Below, one piece after another: positions 26,691-39,103 of a stretch of 64,000 nucleotides of DNA. The notes beneath the pieces were generated by a model, which saw only the letters and a list, made by a program, of their open reading frames with translations, ran no database searches and was not told the origin of the DNA. The DNA lies in assembly GCA_000004695.1 (NCBI GenBank), contig CM000151.3:7904001-7968000 (forward strand), given 5' to 3'. Every line of letters begins with the position of its first letter. Position 1 is the stretch's first letter. The stretch is from Dictyostelium discoideum. Taxonomy: Eukaryota. Both the position numbers and the translations under genes were made by a program.

Positions 26691-28265
26691 CTAGTTTTTA
26701 ATTGATTGATAAATATTACCACCTTCTCTAGGATTAATTTTAATAACATCAATTTGATTTACTTCACCATCAATTATTTCAAAACACCAATGACCTTTAA
26801 AAGAAAAAGTTCTTTCATGTAAAGGTAAGAGAGAGAATGGATTACCTTTTTGAACAGATCTTCTTTTTTGACCACGTAGAGTTGCAGTGATTGATTTACT
26901 ATTGTTCCTAATTGTTAGGTGACCAATTGAGGATGAACCTAAAAAGTTTGTTGAAGATCTTGAAAAAGTAAGAAAATAACTTGAGGTATTATAAACCTTG
27001 AAAGAATCAATGATTGCCAATTCATCACCTTTACACTTTGAAAATGGTTCGAAATTACCAACCAAAGTTGAGAAATAGTTTTGAGTGTATTTTAAAAAGT
27101 CACCAATTTTACCAAGTCCAATCTCTGGACGAGTTGCAGAGATTACACCATTTTGAGAATTTAAAAAGAATGAAAATGATTGATTCTGGAATTCATATTT
27201 TGTATAGTAGAATGGAATATAAACAAGCGAGAATAGTTTCTCGTTGAATTGGATAGTGGATGAAACATTCTTTACAAATTTTGATTGTTCTTGTTGTTTC
27301 AAGTATTCAATTGACATTGATTGCTCAGTTTCTAATAGGTGGTTCAAGTAATCACGTTTCCAAACTACGTCTGGTTCATAACGGGCCAATACCTCCACTT
27401 GGTCCAATTGAGCGAATTGGTTGAACTCGTCCAATGATTTCTCAATGACATTGTTGAAATCAAATTGCTGGCTTACCATACAATTCATTATACTTTCATC
27501 CGATAACAAATCCATTGAATTACATGCTAATAATAGTATTCTATTAATTGTTCTCGTTATATATCCATCAACTTTATTCCATTTGATTGATTTATCCTTT
27601 AAAATATCTTCAGAGTTTTTATTATTTAAATTGTTGTTATTTCCATTATTATATAATTCAACATTTTCTTTATTTAAAATTGTTGCTGATGTTGATGTTA
27701 TTGTTTTTTTATTTTTATCAGCATTATTTGAATTATTTAAACTATTATTATTAACATTATAATAGTTATTGTTATTATATGTTGAATTTGTGTTACCATA
27801 TTTATCATATAAAGCATTTGTATTTAATTTTGAATCATACGTAACGAAACCTGAAAATTCAACATTATAATTTACTCTATATGAATAAAATGGTATATAA
27901 ACTTTTTTTAAATGATTATCAACCAACTTTTTAAATCCAGTTGGTGGTAACCAAAGTGAATTTAACCATGAATCAAATGTATTGGTCGCAGTTTTTGGTG
28001 ATATTTGAAATTCTGATAATTGAACACATAACATTTTACTATCAATATTATTATTATGTTCTTTAAATTCTTTAAATAATTGATATTTATTATGATTAAT
28101 TTGTGATATTATTGTTGGTGATGGTTGTTGTGATGATGGTAATGATGGTGCAATTGGTTTCGGTTGGATTGTTAGTGTACTATCATTACCATTTTCATTA
28201 TCATCACAATCACAATAATTATTAGATTGTGGAAAATAAGGTTGAGGTAAATTATTGTTATCCAT
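26691..28265 (-). CDS. Hypothetical protein, 524 aa.
   Basis: Long clean ORF starting MDNNNLPQPYFPQSNNYCDCDD with a largely non-repetitive C-terminal 300 aa. No recognisable domain. Confidence 0.55.
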   Translation of the reverse strand: MDNNNLPQPYFPQSNNYCDCDDNENGNDSTLTIQPKPIAPSLPSSQQPSPTIISQINHNKYQLFKEFKEHNNNIDSKMLCVQLSEFQISPKTATNTFDSWLNSLWLPPTGFKKLVDNHLKKVYIPFYSYRVNYNVEFSGFVTYDSKLNTNALYDKYGNTNSTYNNNNYYNVNNNSLNNSNNADKNKKTITSTSATILNKENVELYNNGNNNNLNNKNSEDILKDKSIKWNKVDGYITRTINRILLLACNSMDLLSDESIMNCMVSQQFDFNNVIEKSLDEFNQFAQLDQVEVLARYEPDVVWKRDYLNHLLETEQSMSIEYLKQQEQSKFVKNVSSTIQFNEKLFSLVYIPFYYTKYEFQNQSFSFFLNSQNGVISATRPEIGLGKIGDFLKYTQNYFSTLVGNFEPFSKCKGDELAIIDSFKVYNTSSYFLTFSRSSTNFLGSSSIGHLTIRNNSKSITATLRGQKRRSVQKGNPFSLLPLHERTFSFKGHWCFEIIDGEVNQIDVIKINPREGGNIYQSIKN

Positions 28266-28303
28266 TAATTAAGTAATTTATATATATCTATATGTTTAAC
28301 AAA

Positions 28304-28347
<44 letters not shown>

Positions 28348-28596
28348 AAAAAAAATTAAAAAAAAAAACATTACAAAAAATTTTTTCATAAATGATATCT
28401 TGATAATAACTTAATTTTTTACATTTTTTTTTTTTATTTTTTTTTTTATTATTTAATTTTTTTTTTTTATTTTTTTCAACAAAACTAAAAAGATTAAATG
28501 GATCAATGAAAACTCACATTTTTACGAAAAATTATTTCTAGTTTTTTTTTTTTTTTTTTTTGGTGAAATTATTTTTAGTTATAATTTAGGGGATCG

Positions 28597-28631
<35 letters not shown>

Positions 28632-28695
28632 AATTATTTTTATTAGTTTTTAATTAGTTATTATTTTGAGTAATGTTTTTTTTTTTTTTTTTTCT

Positions 28696-30880
28696 TTAAA
28701 TAAAACCATGACCACCATCTAATAATGGATTAGTGGAATAACATACTGGAACTTTTTCACAACAATTTTCTTTATCAATTGGTACAGTTTTCATGGCACA
28801 ATGTAAACCTTTTCTTTCACAGTTTAGGTCTTCACAAGTTAAACAATCATTTCTACTTTTAACACAGCATTCTTCACCAAAGTGATTGATTCTACATTCA
28901 TGTTTTGGTGGACATCTTAATGAGCATTTTGGTGGTGGTCTATGGGCAACAACGCAACATTCTTTTCCATGTTGATCAACTTTACATTCATGGCCTGGTG
29001 GACATCTCAATGAACATTTATCGTGGTGAACTTTAACACAACATTCTTCACCAAAGTGGTTGACTCTACATTCATGTCTTGGTGGACATCTTAAAGAGCA
29101 TTTTGGTGGTGGTCTATGGGCAACAACGCAACATTCTTTTCCATGTTGATCAACTTTACATTCATGGCCTGGTGGGCATCTCTTATTACATTTTTCATGT
29201 TGTGGTGGGTGTGGTCTTTCTGAACGGACACAACATTTTGAACCATCATGTCTAATTTTACATTCAAAACCTCTACCACAATCTAAATCACAAACTTCAT
29301 CACAATGAATCTTTACACAACATTTTTTACCATGATCATCAAATTTACATTCATGTTTTGGTGGGCATCTTAATGAACAAACTTCTGGTGGTGGTGGTCT
29401 ATGGGATCTGACGCAACATTCTTTACCATTGTGATCAACTTTACATTCATGGCCATGTGGACATCTTAATGAACATCTATCATGGTGAACCTTTACACAG
29501 CATTGATGACCTTGGTCATTAAATCTACATTCATGATTTGGTGGACATCTTAAAGAGCAAACTGGTGGTTTTGGTGGTTGAGTTGGACCACTTGGAACAC
29601 ATTTAGCAGTTTTACCATCTTTACATTCACAATAGAAACCATCTGGACAATTTACATTTGAACATGGGTTAGTGTTACCACCTGATGTACTTGATGAACC
29701 GGTTGTTGGACTTGGAACACATTTAGCAGTTTTACCATCTTTACATTCACAATGGAAACCATCTGGACAAGTTACATCTTTACATGGATCTGGATGACCA
29801 CCTGATGTACTTGATGAACCGGTTGTTGGACTTGGAACACATTTAGCAGTTTTACCATCTTTACATTCACAATGGAAACCATCTGGACAGTCAACATCTC
29901 TACATGGATCTGGATGACCACCTGATGTACCTGTTGATGAACTACCGCCTGATGTACCTCCTCCATTTGGTACACAATTTACGCCATTACTATCCTCTAC
30001 ACAAATATGTCCAATTGGACATAAGGTTGTTAAACATGATGATACACCAGCAGTTGATGAACTGGTTCCTGGTAAACCTGTTCCACCAGTTGTTGATGCA
30101 AGACAAGTTGCAACATCATTTACCATTGAACAATGATAACCTTCTGGACAATGTGTAGTTGAACATGAACTTACACCACCTGATGAACTACCACTTGATG
30201 AACTACCTGATGTACCACCTGATGAACTACCACCTGATGTACCACCTGATGAACTACCACCTGATGTACCACCTGATGAACCACCACCAGATGTTGAACT
30301 ACCAGAGCTTAAACCTTCACCTTTTTTTATAAATTTAAGAAATGAAAAAAATTAATATATTTAGATTTTATTTTATTTTATTTTATTTTATTTTTTTTAA
30401 TCTTTTTACTTACAAATTGATTCACCTGGGCAACAGGAAGTTGGATTTGAACAAGAGTTCTTTTGGAAACTACATGATTTACCTAATAAGGCACATTCTT
30501 TAATCTTGGCATCAGAACAAGAATACTCGGTTGGAGTTGTAATTTTAATAAATCCATCAAGATTGAAGCATTTATTTGATACTTCAACAACTTGGTTATT
30601 GGATGAATTTCTATAACAACTATTTTCATATGTACAAGTATCAAATGTACCTTTAGAGCAAGCCCATTTTTGTTCACCACAACATGGTGTATAATTTATA
30701 ACAATACATTCCGAAGATTTATGACATTCTTCTTCATTAGTAATTTTATTACAATCTAAAATTAAAAAAAAAAAATAAAAAAAAAAAATTTTATATTAAT
30801 ATTTTATATTATATTAAAATATTATAAATCTAATATCAATTTATACCCGTCGCATAGGATTTTGATACAAGGAATATCAT
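28696..30880 (-). CDS. Secreted cysteine-rich tandem-repeat protein, 3 exons: 30847..30880 (possibly extends to 30912), 30414..30755, 28696..30320.
   Basis: Exon 2 encodes a Cys-rich module (DCNKITNEEECHKSSECIVINYTPCCGEQKWACSKG...SCCPGESI). Exon 3 encodes an S/G/T linker, then 3 repeats of about 39 aa (HPDPCKDVTCPDGFHCECKDGKTAKCVPSPTTGSSSTSGG), then about 9 repeats of CSLRCPPxHECKVDxHGKECCVxxHRPPPK. Donors GTATAA at 30846 and GTAAGT at 30413, acceptors TAG and AAG. Phases are consistent from ATG 30880. An upstream ATG at 30912 would give a textbook signal peptide, but needs one extra A in the A5 run at 30897..30901. Confidence 0.65.
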
Positions 30881-32344
30881 AAAAAATACTCCAATATTTT
30901 TTAGAAACAACATCCTTTATTATTTTTTTATTTTTAACTTAGTTAGTTATTGTTTTTTTTTTAATTTGAATTGATTAAAAATAAAATTGAATAATGAATT
31001 AAAAAAAAAAAAAAATATTAATTATTAATACTTTTTTTTTTTTTTGGTTTTTTATTTATTTATTTTTTTTTTTTTATTTATTCAATTTTAAATTTAAAAA
31101 AAAAAAAATAATAAATTATTATTATTGTGCATAATTTATTATTAATTTATTTGATTGTAATTCAGAAAATAGCAAAAAATTAAGAACAACACCACGCACA
31201 TTCACAGCTGTGTAGTAAATTTGGTATATATTAAAAAAACACTACCATAGTGGTAAATATATAATAGTAGCAATTGATATATTTCTACCACTACATATTT
31301 ATTATTCAATTTTTTTTTTTTTTCCCACTCACCCACCTCTGCCACTCTATTATACAAATCTCACCTATATTATTTTTTTTTTTTTACAAATTAACACAAA
31401 AAACAACAAATAAAAAAAATTATGTTTTTTCATATATACATTCATTGTGGGGTATCTATTTTATATCATTGATTTTTTTTCCTTCATTATTTTTAATCAA
31501 CACCCTTTTCATATAATTATTTTTAACATACCCCAAATTTAAACACACAAAAAAAAAAAAAAAAAAAAATTAAATAATTTAAATGAAAAAAGTTATAATG
31601 TACCAATTTACAAATTGAAATTAAAAAAAGCGTATATTATTTATTATTATTATTATTTTTATTTTTATTATTTTTATTATTATTATTAACTTTTTCATTT
31701 TTACAAAAAAAAAAAAAAATAAAATAAAAATAAAATAAAATAAAATATAATATAAAGAAAAAAATAATACTAAATTTAAGAAATCAAATTTGAATAAAAA
31801 TAGGTGTTGGGAATTAATGATACTTACCTTCCCCAATAAACATTTTAGTTTTATTGACATTAATAACAATTTTTAAATTTTTAATATTTTTATTTTGTTT
31901 TATTGAAACATTAAAACAATTTCAATTTATTAATTTAATATAAATCGATTGAAAATTAATTGGAGAAAATTGATTATTATTTTTTTAAAAAAATTTGTTA
32001 AACTTTTCAAAAAAATTTGAAATTATAAATATAATTAAAGGTGTTTGATTTGAGTTAATTCAATAATTCCCAATTCAAAAAAAAAGTTAATTCAATAATT
32101 AAGTAAATTTATTACCCAAATTACATATTCCAAAAAAACTTTTTTGAAATGGATAATGCACTTCTCCTTGAGATACTTGTTCTCATTTTATTTTATAGTT
32201 TTAAATTACATGGCCTAAATAAGGGGTTGGTGAGTAGATTATTTTTTTTTCGTTGTTTTGCTATTGTTACAAAAAACTCTGTATTTGTTGTTTGATATAA
32301 AAAACATTACGATTTACGCTATTAAAAATTTTGGTTTCAAAAAT

Positions 32345-32415
32345 GGCTCCTTAGCATAGTGGTATTGCGCTTCCCTAGTAAGGAAGAGGTCATGAGTTCG
32401 ATCCTCATAGGAGCC
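32345..32415 (+). tRNA. tRNA-Thr(AGU): tRNA-Thr (anticodon AGT), 71 nt.
   Basis: Cloverleaf read directly. Acceptor GGCTCCT pairs with AGGAGCC. D-arm GCAT/AGTGGTA/TTGC. Anticodon stem CTTCC/GGAAG with loop CTAGTAA (anticodon AGT). T-arm ATGAG/TTCGATC/CTCAT. Confidence 0.93.
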
Positions 32416-32445
32416 TTTTAAAAAACCACAACTTTATAGTCGCAT

Positions 32446-32455
32446 GTTCGATTCC
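32446..32455 (+). promoter_or_regulatory. External B-box (exB, GTTCGATTCC), 30 nt downstream of the tRNA-Thr gene.
   Basis: A second copy of the T-arm B-box consensus sits 30 nt after the tRNA 3' end. This is a known feature of most Dictyostelium tRNA genes. Confidence 0.6.
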
Positions 32456-32706
32456 CAAATTTGTAATGAATTACATTAATAATATATTTATTGTGTTAAT
32501 TTATTATGATAAAAATTGGCAATAACATTAAAAATATATATCCAGTGGAAAGATTTTTCATCATATATAAAATGAAAAATTTTAAAATTAAAAAAAAATT
32601 TTAAAATTAAAATAAAATTACAATAATGAACAGTTTTATTTTTAAAGTACAAAATTAATCCCAAATATTTAATTTTTATTATTATTTTATGGAATTTTAT
32701 TTTATT

Positions 32707-35143
32707 TTATAAATGAGAAAGATCAATTATATTAATATATTTTGTAATAAATAAAGGATTTAAACTATTGATAAAATTCATATTAGAATTTCTAATATAA
32801 ATAGTTTGTAAACCAAAAGGTATGCAACCATCAGCGGAAATATTTTGATTAAATTCAGAGTTTAGAATGAATAATTTTTTCAAAAGTTTTGGTAAAACAT
32901 TATTTCCAATTGGTTGATTGAAATGATAACCTAAATTTAGAGATTCTATTGAATTTGGTAAATCACCAACTTCAATTTTACGATTAAAATAATTTAGTGT
33001 CAAAGTTTTTAAAGATGTAGTATTTTTTAACATTTCTCTTAAACCATTATTTGTACCACCAACACAAAAATTGGATGAACTATTTGAACCGAAACCACCT
33101 TTATTACTAATACCATAGCAGTCATATTCATCATTTTTCACGGTTATCTCTCTATTGTAACCACCGAGATTTAAAGATTCTAAAGTTGGAGGTAAAGTAT
33201 CGGCAGGAATGATTTGATTGAAATGGTAACCGAAATTCAAAGATTTTAATTTGGTATGAATGAAAATACCTTGTGGTATAATTTGATTGAATTTTGAGCC
33301 GAAATCAATACTTGTTAAAGTTTGAGTCATCATTGATAAAGGTCTATTGAATTTATTACCAAAATCAATACTAGTGATACTTGAAGGACACAATTTAATA
33401 TCTCTATCGAATGCACGACCAAATTTAATCTCTCTAATTGAGTTTGGTAAAGACTTTATACCAATATCACTATTGAAATGTTCTCCGAAATGAATTGAGG
33501 TTAAATTATAATTTGAAGAGATATCATTTGCTTTAATATTTTGATTAAATTCTGAATCGAAAACAAGTCTTGTGATTGATTTTGGAATTGGATTAAATGA
33601 AATTGATTCTTGATTTGAACAAGAATTGAATTTATAATCTAAAGTTTTAACAGAATCTGGAATTGAACCAATTTCAATAACACCTTTATAGGATCTTGGA
33701 TCCAAAATCAATGATGTCAATGAGGATGGAAGTTGACCCATTTTAATGGTTTGTTGAAATTTATGACCAAATTGTAAATGTTTCAATTGTTTTGGAAGCC
33801 AATTACCATCCAATGATTGATTGAAACTATCACCAAATGTAATACTAATGACATTGTCACTAATTACACCTTTAGCAATTCTCTGATTGAAACCATAACT
33901 AAATCGAATTGAGGATATTGATGGTGGTAGCAATCTATCTTGAATTACATTATACTCTTTTTCAAATTCAATGGATTTTAATCCCTCTGGTAATGAATTC
34001 ACTCTAATCATTGATAATTCTAATAATGATGAATTTGATAATATTGAAGATGATGATGAATTTGAAATACCATTATTAATACTATTACTACTACTACCAA
34101 TATCACTTGAACCACTACTACTGCTACTACAATTACCACCATCACTATAACTATCATCATCGTCAATATCAGAATCATAGGAATCTTCATCAGCATCATC
34201 ATCATTATCATCATGATAATTTAATACCATTGATTGTAAATAACCTTTGAATTTATAATCCACCAATTGAATTGGTGTTAAAAATACCTTTTTATTTGCA
34301 TGAATATTATAAAGTCTAAGATGAAATAAAATTTGAGTTTTAATAACAATATTTCTCCAAACTTGACGAAATAATAAATAATTTCTATCATTAACACCGT
34401 TTGTTGTTGTTGTGGTTGTCATTATAGTGGTACTACTTCTACTAGTTGTAGTTGTAGTTGTAGTTGTTGTAATTTCACCATCATTACCATTTATTCTTTC
34501 ATTTTTTAATGTTATTATTTTATTTAAATCTTTTTCTTCAATTATTGAATTATTATTATCATTATTATTATTATAAATATTATTATTACTATTTTTATTA
34601 TTATTATTAAATTGGTAATCTTTGTTTATTATATTATTATTATTTTCAATTATTATTAATATTGAATAGTCAAATTTATTATTTCCACAACATTTATTAA
34701 GTGAATTGTGTGTATTTATTATTTTATTTTTACAATCGGTAGTTTTATTTTTTAATTTTAACAATCTGGTGAATTCATCTAATAACTGATATTGATTATA
34801 GTTTAATCCATAATAAGATATTGCTTCTTTATTTACAGTTTTATTTTCAATTAATCTATTATTAATTAATTTGGTAAGTATTTGATTTTTTGGGAAAATG
34901 AAAATAAAAATAAAAAAAAAATAAAAGTGTGCGTGAAAATATCTGAAAAAAAAAATAAAAAAAATAAAAAAAAAACAAAAAATAAAAAAATTAAAAATAT
35001 ACATACCTAAAATTATTACAATAATCCAATAATCCATCGTATGATATATATAATCCATTTATTGATAATATTAATATGCAATCTAAAAATGATTGTTGAT
35101 TATACTCTTTTTTTATTAAGAAATCATAAATTAAATTATCCAT
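32707..35143 (-). CDS. FNIP-repeat protein (Dictyostelium FNIP/LRR-like repeat family), 2 exons: 35007..35143 and 32707..34855. An alternative acceptor gives 32707..34942.
   Basis: About 15 tandem ~22-aa repeats of the form Lxxxxx(L/I)xFGxxFNQxI (for example SIHFGEHFNSDIGIKSLPNSIREIKFGRAFDRDIK), diagnostic of FNIP repeats. Exon 1 is MDNLIYDFLIKKEYNQQSFLDCILILSINGLYISYDGLLDYCNNFR, with donor GTATGT at 35006. Both candidate acceptors (CAG at 34943 and TAG at 34856) are in phase. Confidence 0.7.
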
Positions 35144-35875
35144 TGTGGTTAAGTGTGTGTATGTGTGGTTAAAAATAATTTTATTTTGAAAAAAAATAAA
35201 AAAAAAAAAAAAAAAAAATAGTTATTAGATTTGGGAATTGTTTGAAATACACAGGGTAAAGTCACAGGGTTTTGTTTTTACTTTTTTTCATTTTTCTGTT
35301 TTTTTTTTTGACATTTAGACGAACCAGGAATAGAAAAGTCAAAAATTAATTTTGAAATTTTTTTTTTTAATTTTTTCAAAACAGAAAAAAAATTCTGTCT
35401 GGTGTCCCCAGCTTTTTCTCGAAAAAAGAAAGATGACAATAAAAAATAATAATATTTGTAAATACAAAGATGATCTTTATTTTTTTTTATTATGTTTATC
35501 GATATCGTTGTTATTTTTATTTGACATTTTTATTTTTTTTGATTTTTGATTTTTATATTTTCTTAATACAATTTTTGAAACTATTAAATAATAAAATAAT
35601 ATATTAATTGAAGTTAAGATATTTTCAAGAAAAAAAAAAAAAAAAATTTTGGACCGAATTATGTATATTTATTAAAAAAAATAAAAATAACCTATTATTA
35701 ACATTAGAGTTATTTTTAAACCAATTAAAAGAATTTTTTTTTTTTTTAAATAATTTTTTTTTTTACTCTTTATCTATAATATCTTCCAAAAAGGAAATAA
35801 CTCGTTTTATGAGTTTTTTGTTATAAAAAAAATACATTCAACTGAATTAAGATTTAGCAGTATTAAAATTTTAAG

Positions 35876-35911
<36 letters not shown>

Positions 35912-36047
35912 CTTCTTTTTATTTTTCGATTTTTATTTTTTTTTTATTTTTTATTTTTTAATTTTGTTTTTATTTTTTTTTTTTTTACAAATAAATGAAA
36001 AGTTAAAAAGAGATTTATAAAACAATAAAAAAAAAAGTAAAAATATA

Positions 36048-37055
36048 ATGGAAGAAAAAATAAAATTTTATTTTGAAATAATTGATTTCCAAAATCAAAA
36101 ATTTAAAATTCAAGAATTTACCTCAAAATTAATTGGTTTAAAAGAAGAAAGTTTTACAACATTTAAACCAATAGTATATGAAAAATATTTAAATTGGACT
36201 CAATCAATTGAGGAATCAATTTTAAAAACAAATGGTACAATAAATAAATCAATTTTTGAAGAAATTTTTTCCTATTGCGGTTACATCGGAGAATTCCTGG
36301 AATATGAGCCTTTTATAGTATTTTTAAAATTTACAACATTTGGTATAATTTTAGATGATTATATATTTGAAAAAATTAATTCACTAAATATGAAATTAAA
36401 TGAAAAAGAAAAACTTATTAATAGTTTAATATATTATAATAATAAAAATGAAAATAAAATTGGTTTCGAATTCTGGGAAATAATAAATGAATTTCAAAAT
36501 TTTACACATAAAGAGTCATTTCAGAGAATAATAAATGCAAATAGTTTATGGATAAAATCATCAATTGATTCAAGGAATATTTCAAATTCCCCAATAAATT
36601 CAAGATGTTCATTTAATGAATATTTTGAAAAAAGATCATCAGATGCTTCGGGTGATTTTATTTTAACAATTTCTATGATTGGAATAATGGATAATTATAT
36701 TGAAAATTCTATAATAGAAAGTAAAGAATTTCAAACTATAAATTACCATGCAAAGTCTTTTTTTTTATTAATAAATGATTTATATTCATTTAATAGAGAA
36801 ATTAATGAAAATGATTTATTAAACTATATAAAGATATTAGCAATTCAATTAAATTCAATACAATTATCAATTGATAAAACAATTGAATTAATAATTGATC
36901 ATTATTTGAAATTTTTATCGTCAATTGAAACAATCTTAAAATTATACCAAAATGATCAATCAACATATCAATTATTAAAACAAGTTTTCCAAAATTCAAA
37001 TAAAATTTTATCTGGTATTTATTTTGCACATAAAAAAAGTAAAAGATATAATTAA
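36048..37055 (+). CDS. Terpene synthase (class I, microbial-type TPS), 335 aa.
   Basis: Aspartate-rich DDxx(D/E) motif ILDDYIFE and NSE/DTE motif NDLYSFNRE (ND-x2-S-x3-E) at the expected spacing of about 140 aa. The size matches the Dictyostelium TPS family. Confidence 0.75.
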   Translation: MEEKIKFYFEIIDFQNQKFKIQEFTSKLIGLKEESFTTFKPIVYEKYLNWTQSIEESILKTNGTINKSIFEEIFSYCGYIGEFLEYEPFIVFLKFTTFGIILDDYIFEKINSLNMKLNEKEKLINSLIYYNNKNENKIGFEFWEIINEFQNFTHKESFQRIINANSLWIKSSIDSRNISNSPINSRCSFNEYFEKRSSDASGDFILTISMIGIMDNYIENSIIESKEFQTINYHAKSFFLLINDLYSFNREINENDLLNYIKILAIQLNSIQLSIDKTIELIIDHYLKFLSSIETILKLYQNDQSTYQLLKQVFQNSNKILSGIYFAHKKSKRYN

Positions 37056-37346
37056 AATATTAAAAATTAAATAATAAAAAAAAAAAGATATATATACATA
37101 TATATATATATATAAATTACAAGATTGGTTGTTTTTTTTTTTTTAAAATATTTAATTTTTTCATTTTTATTATTATTACTATACCTACTACTACTACTAC
37201 TATTATTATAAAGATTATATTACTATTGTGGAAATGATAAAAAAAAAAAAACTTGAATTAACCATTATTAAATATTAATATTCAGTTTTTGATGAAAGAG
37301 GAGTTGTAAATAATATAGTTATAATTCCTTTTTCTTTTTTCTTTTT

Positions 37347-37408
<62 letters not shown>

Positions 37409-37453
37409 CTTTATAGGAGATGTTAATAACTATCAAACTAAAAACTATATTTT

Positions 37454-38263
37454 TCAATTATTATGGTTTTCATTTTCTTCTGAAATTTCTAATTTGTTCA
37501 TTTCTTTTTCTAAAGTAGATTCTTCAGTTGATTCATTATTTGAGGCTTCAACTTCTTTCTCATTGAATGGAATACCAGTCCAATCGTAGTTTTCATGTAA
37601 TTGACGACGCCATTTCTTGATTTGACCATCCCAAGATCTCTTTGAACAGACTTGATTCTTATTTGGGGTTTTTGGATCAGTTGGTTTTCTCTTTGATTTT
37701 GGAACCAAAGCAATGTAATTTTTGTAACCAGCTGTCATCTTACCAATATCGATTTGTCTTTGTCTAGCGGCCAATCTCTTTGGATCAGTTTCTTTGAGTG
37801 GAGTTTTCTTTGGTGATTCATTGGTTGAAGGAGTGGCACCATCGATAATGGCAACTGGTTGTTCAGTAGTGGTGGTAGAATTTGCAACGGCAGCAAAAGC
37901 GGCATTAACATCATTAATCTTTTTATTTGATTTTGGTGTGGTTGTTGTTGATTTCTTCGATGGTGTTGTTGTAGTATTCTTTTGATTTGGTGTTGCAGTA
38001 TTCAATGAAAATGGAATTGGGTTTTGTTTCTTTGTGGAAGATTTAGTGTTGGAATTATAATGATTGTTACGATTGTTTGATTGTGGTGTGGTGATATTTG
38101 AATTTGCTTTTTTAGTTGGTGTGATGTTATTATTATTATTATTATTATTAATATTAGTTTTTGTAGATGACGATTGTGCATAGGCAATTTTGAATGGACT
38201 AATTTGTGGTGAGAAAATTGGATATTTTTGACCATTTGCAGTGTTGTGTTGTGAACTGTTATT

Positions 38264-38297
<34 letters not shown>

Positions 38298-39103
38298 GGT
38301 GTAGTTGGAAGAGATAATGGTACAACAATTTCTTTTTGATGATTCTCTACAATATCAATTTGAATTGGTCTTTTGGTATTGGCCGATTTAAATGATAGGA
38401 GAACATCAATGGTATATTTAACAGAGGAGGAGGAGGAGGAAGCAGCAACGAAAGCATCGGTAAGTTTGGTGGTGGTGGCGGTTATTGATTCTAAATCGAT
38501 GGTAGAAATTGGAGATGATTCTCTAAGTGGGCTAGATAAAGGAGAGATACCACCAGTGGAGATATCCATACTCTTCAATTCTTTTTTAATGGATTCAATA
38601 TCATATTCATTTTTGGCTAACAATGATGATGATGATGACGAATGTTTTGTTGTTGAAACCATTGAGTTTTTAGAAGGTGTAAATAAAATATTTTTCTTTC
38701 CAAAATTAACACCATCATTACTATTTAATTTTCTATCTTTATTATTATTATTTACATTTGGTCCATTACCAATAATACCAACAGAGTTTTTCTATTTATT
38801 TAATTATTTATTAAAATATAAAAGAAATAAAAAATAAAAAATAAAAATAAAAAAAAATTAGTTTTTATTTTTATTTTTTTATTTTTTATTTATATTGTTT
38901 AATTTAAATTATTTAAATTTTAAAAAAAAAAAAAAAAAAAAATACTTTACCTTTATTGGTGCATTATTTGGTGAATTTGGTATATTATTTTTAATATTTT
39001 TAAATAGTGTTCTATTGGTTTTTGAATTATGGATACCATTGGTAGAACTATTATTATTAGTTGTGGTGGTGGCGATTGGTGTAATTATAGTTGATGATGA
39101 CAT
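37454..39103 (-). CDS. slbp: Histone stem-loop binding protein (SLBP) homolog, 2 exons: 38951..39103 and 37454..38791.
   Basis: C-terminal RNA-binding domain RLAARQRQIDIGKMTAGYKNYIALVPKSKRKPTDPKTPNKNQVCSKRSWDGQIKKWRRQLH matches the SLBP RBD signature (human ...[25 protein letters not shown]). Donor GTAAAG at 38950, acceptor TAG at 38792, in phase. Confidence 0.8.

Noticed and set aside
32100-32700. Looked for TRE5/TRE3 retrotransposon or any mobile element next to the tRNA, and for DIRS/skipper fragments in the 20-23.6 kb desert.
   Set aside because: No ORF remnants (RT/integrase), LTR-like direct repeats or target-site duplications are recognisable by eye. This cannot be excluded without a database search.
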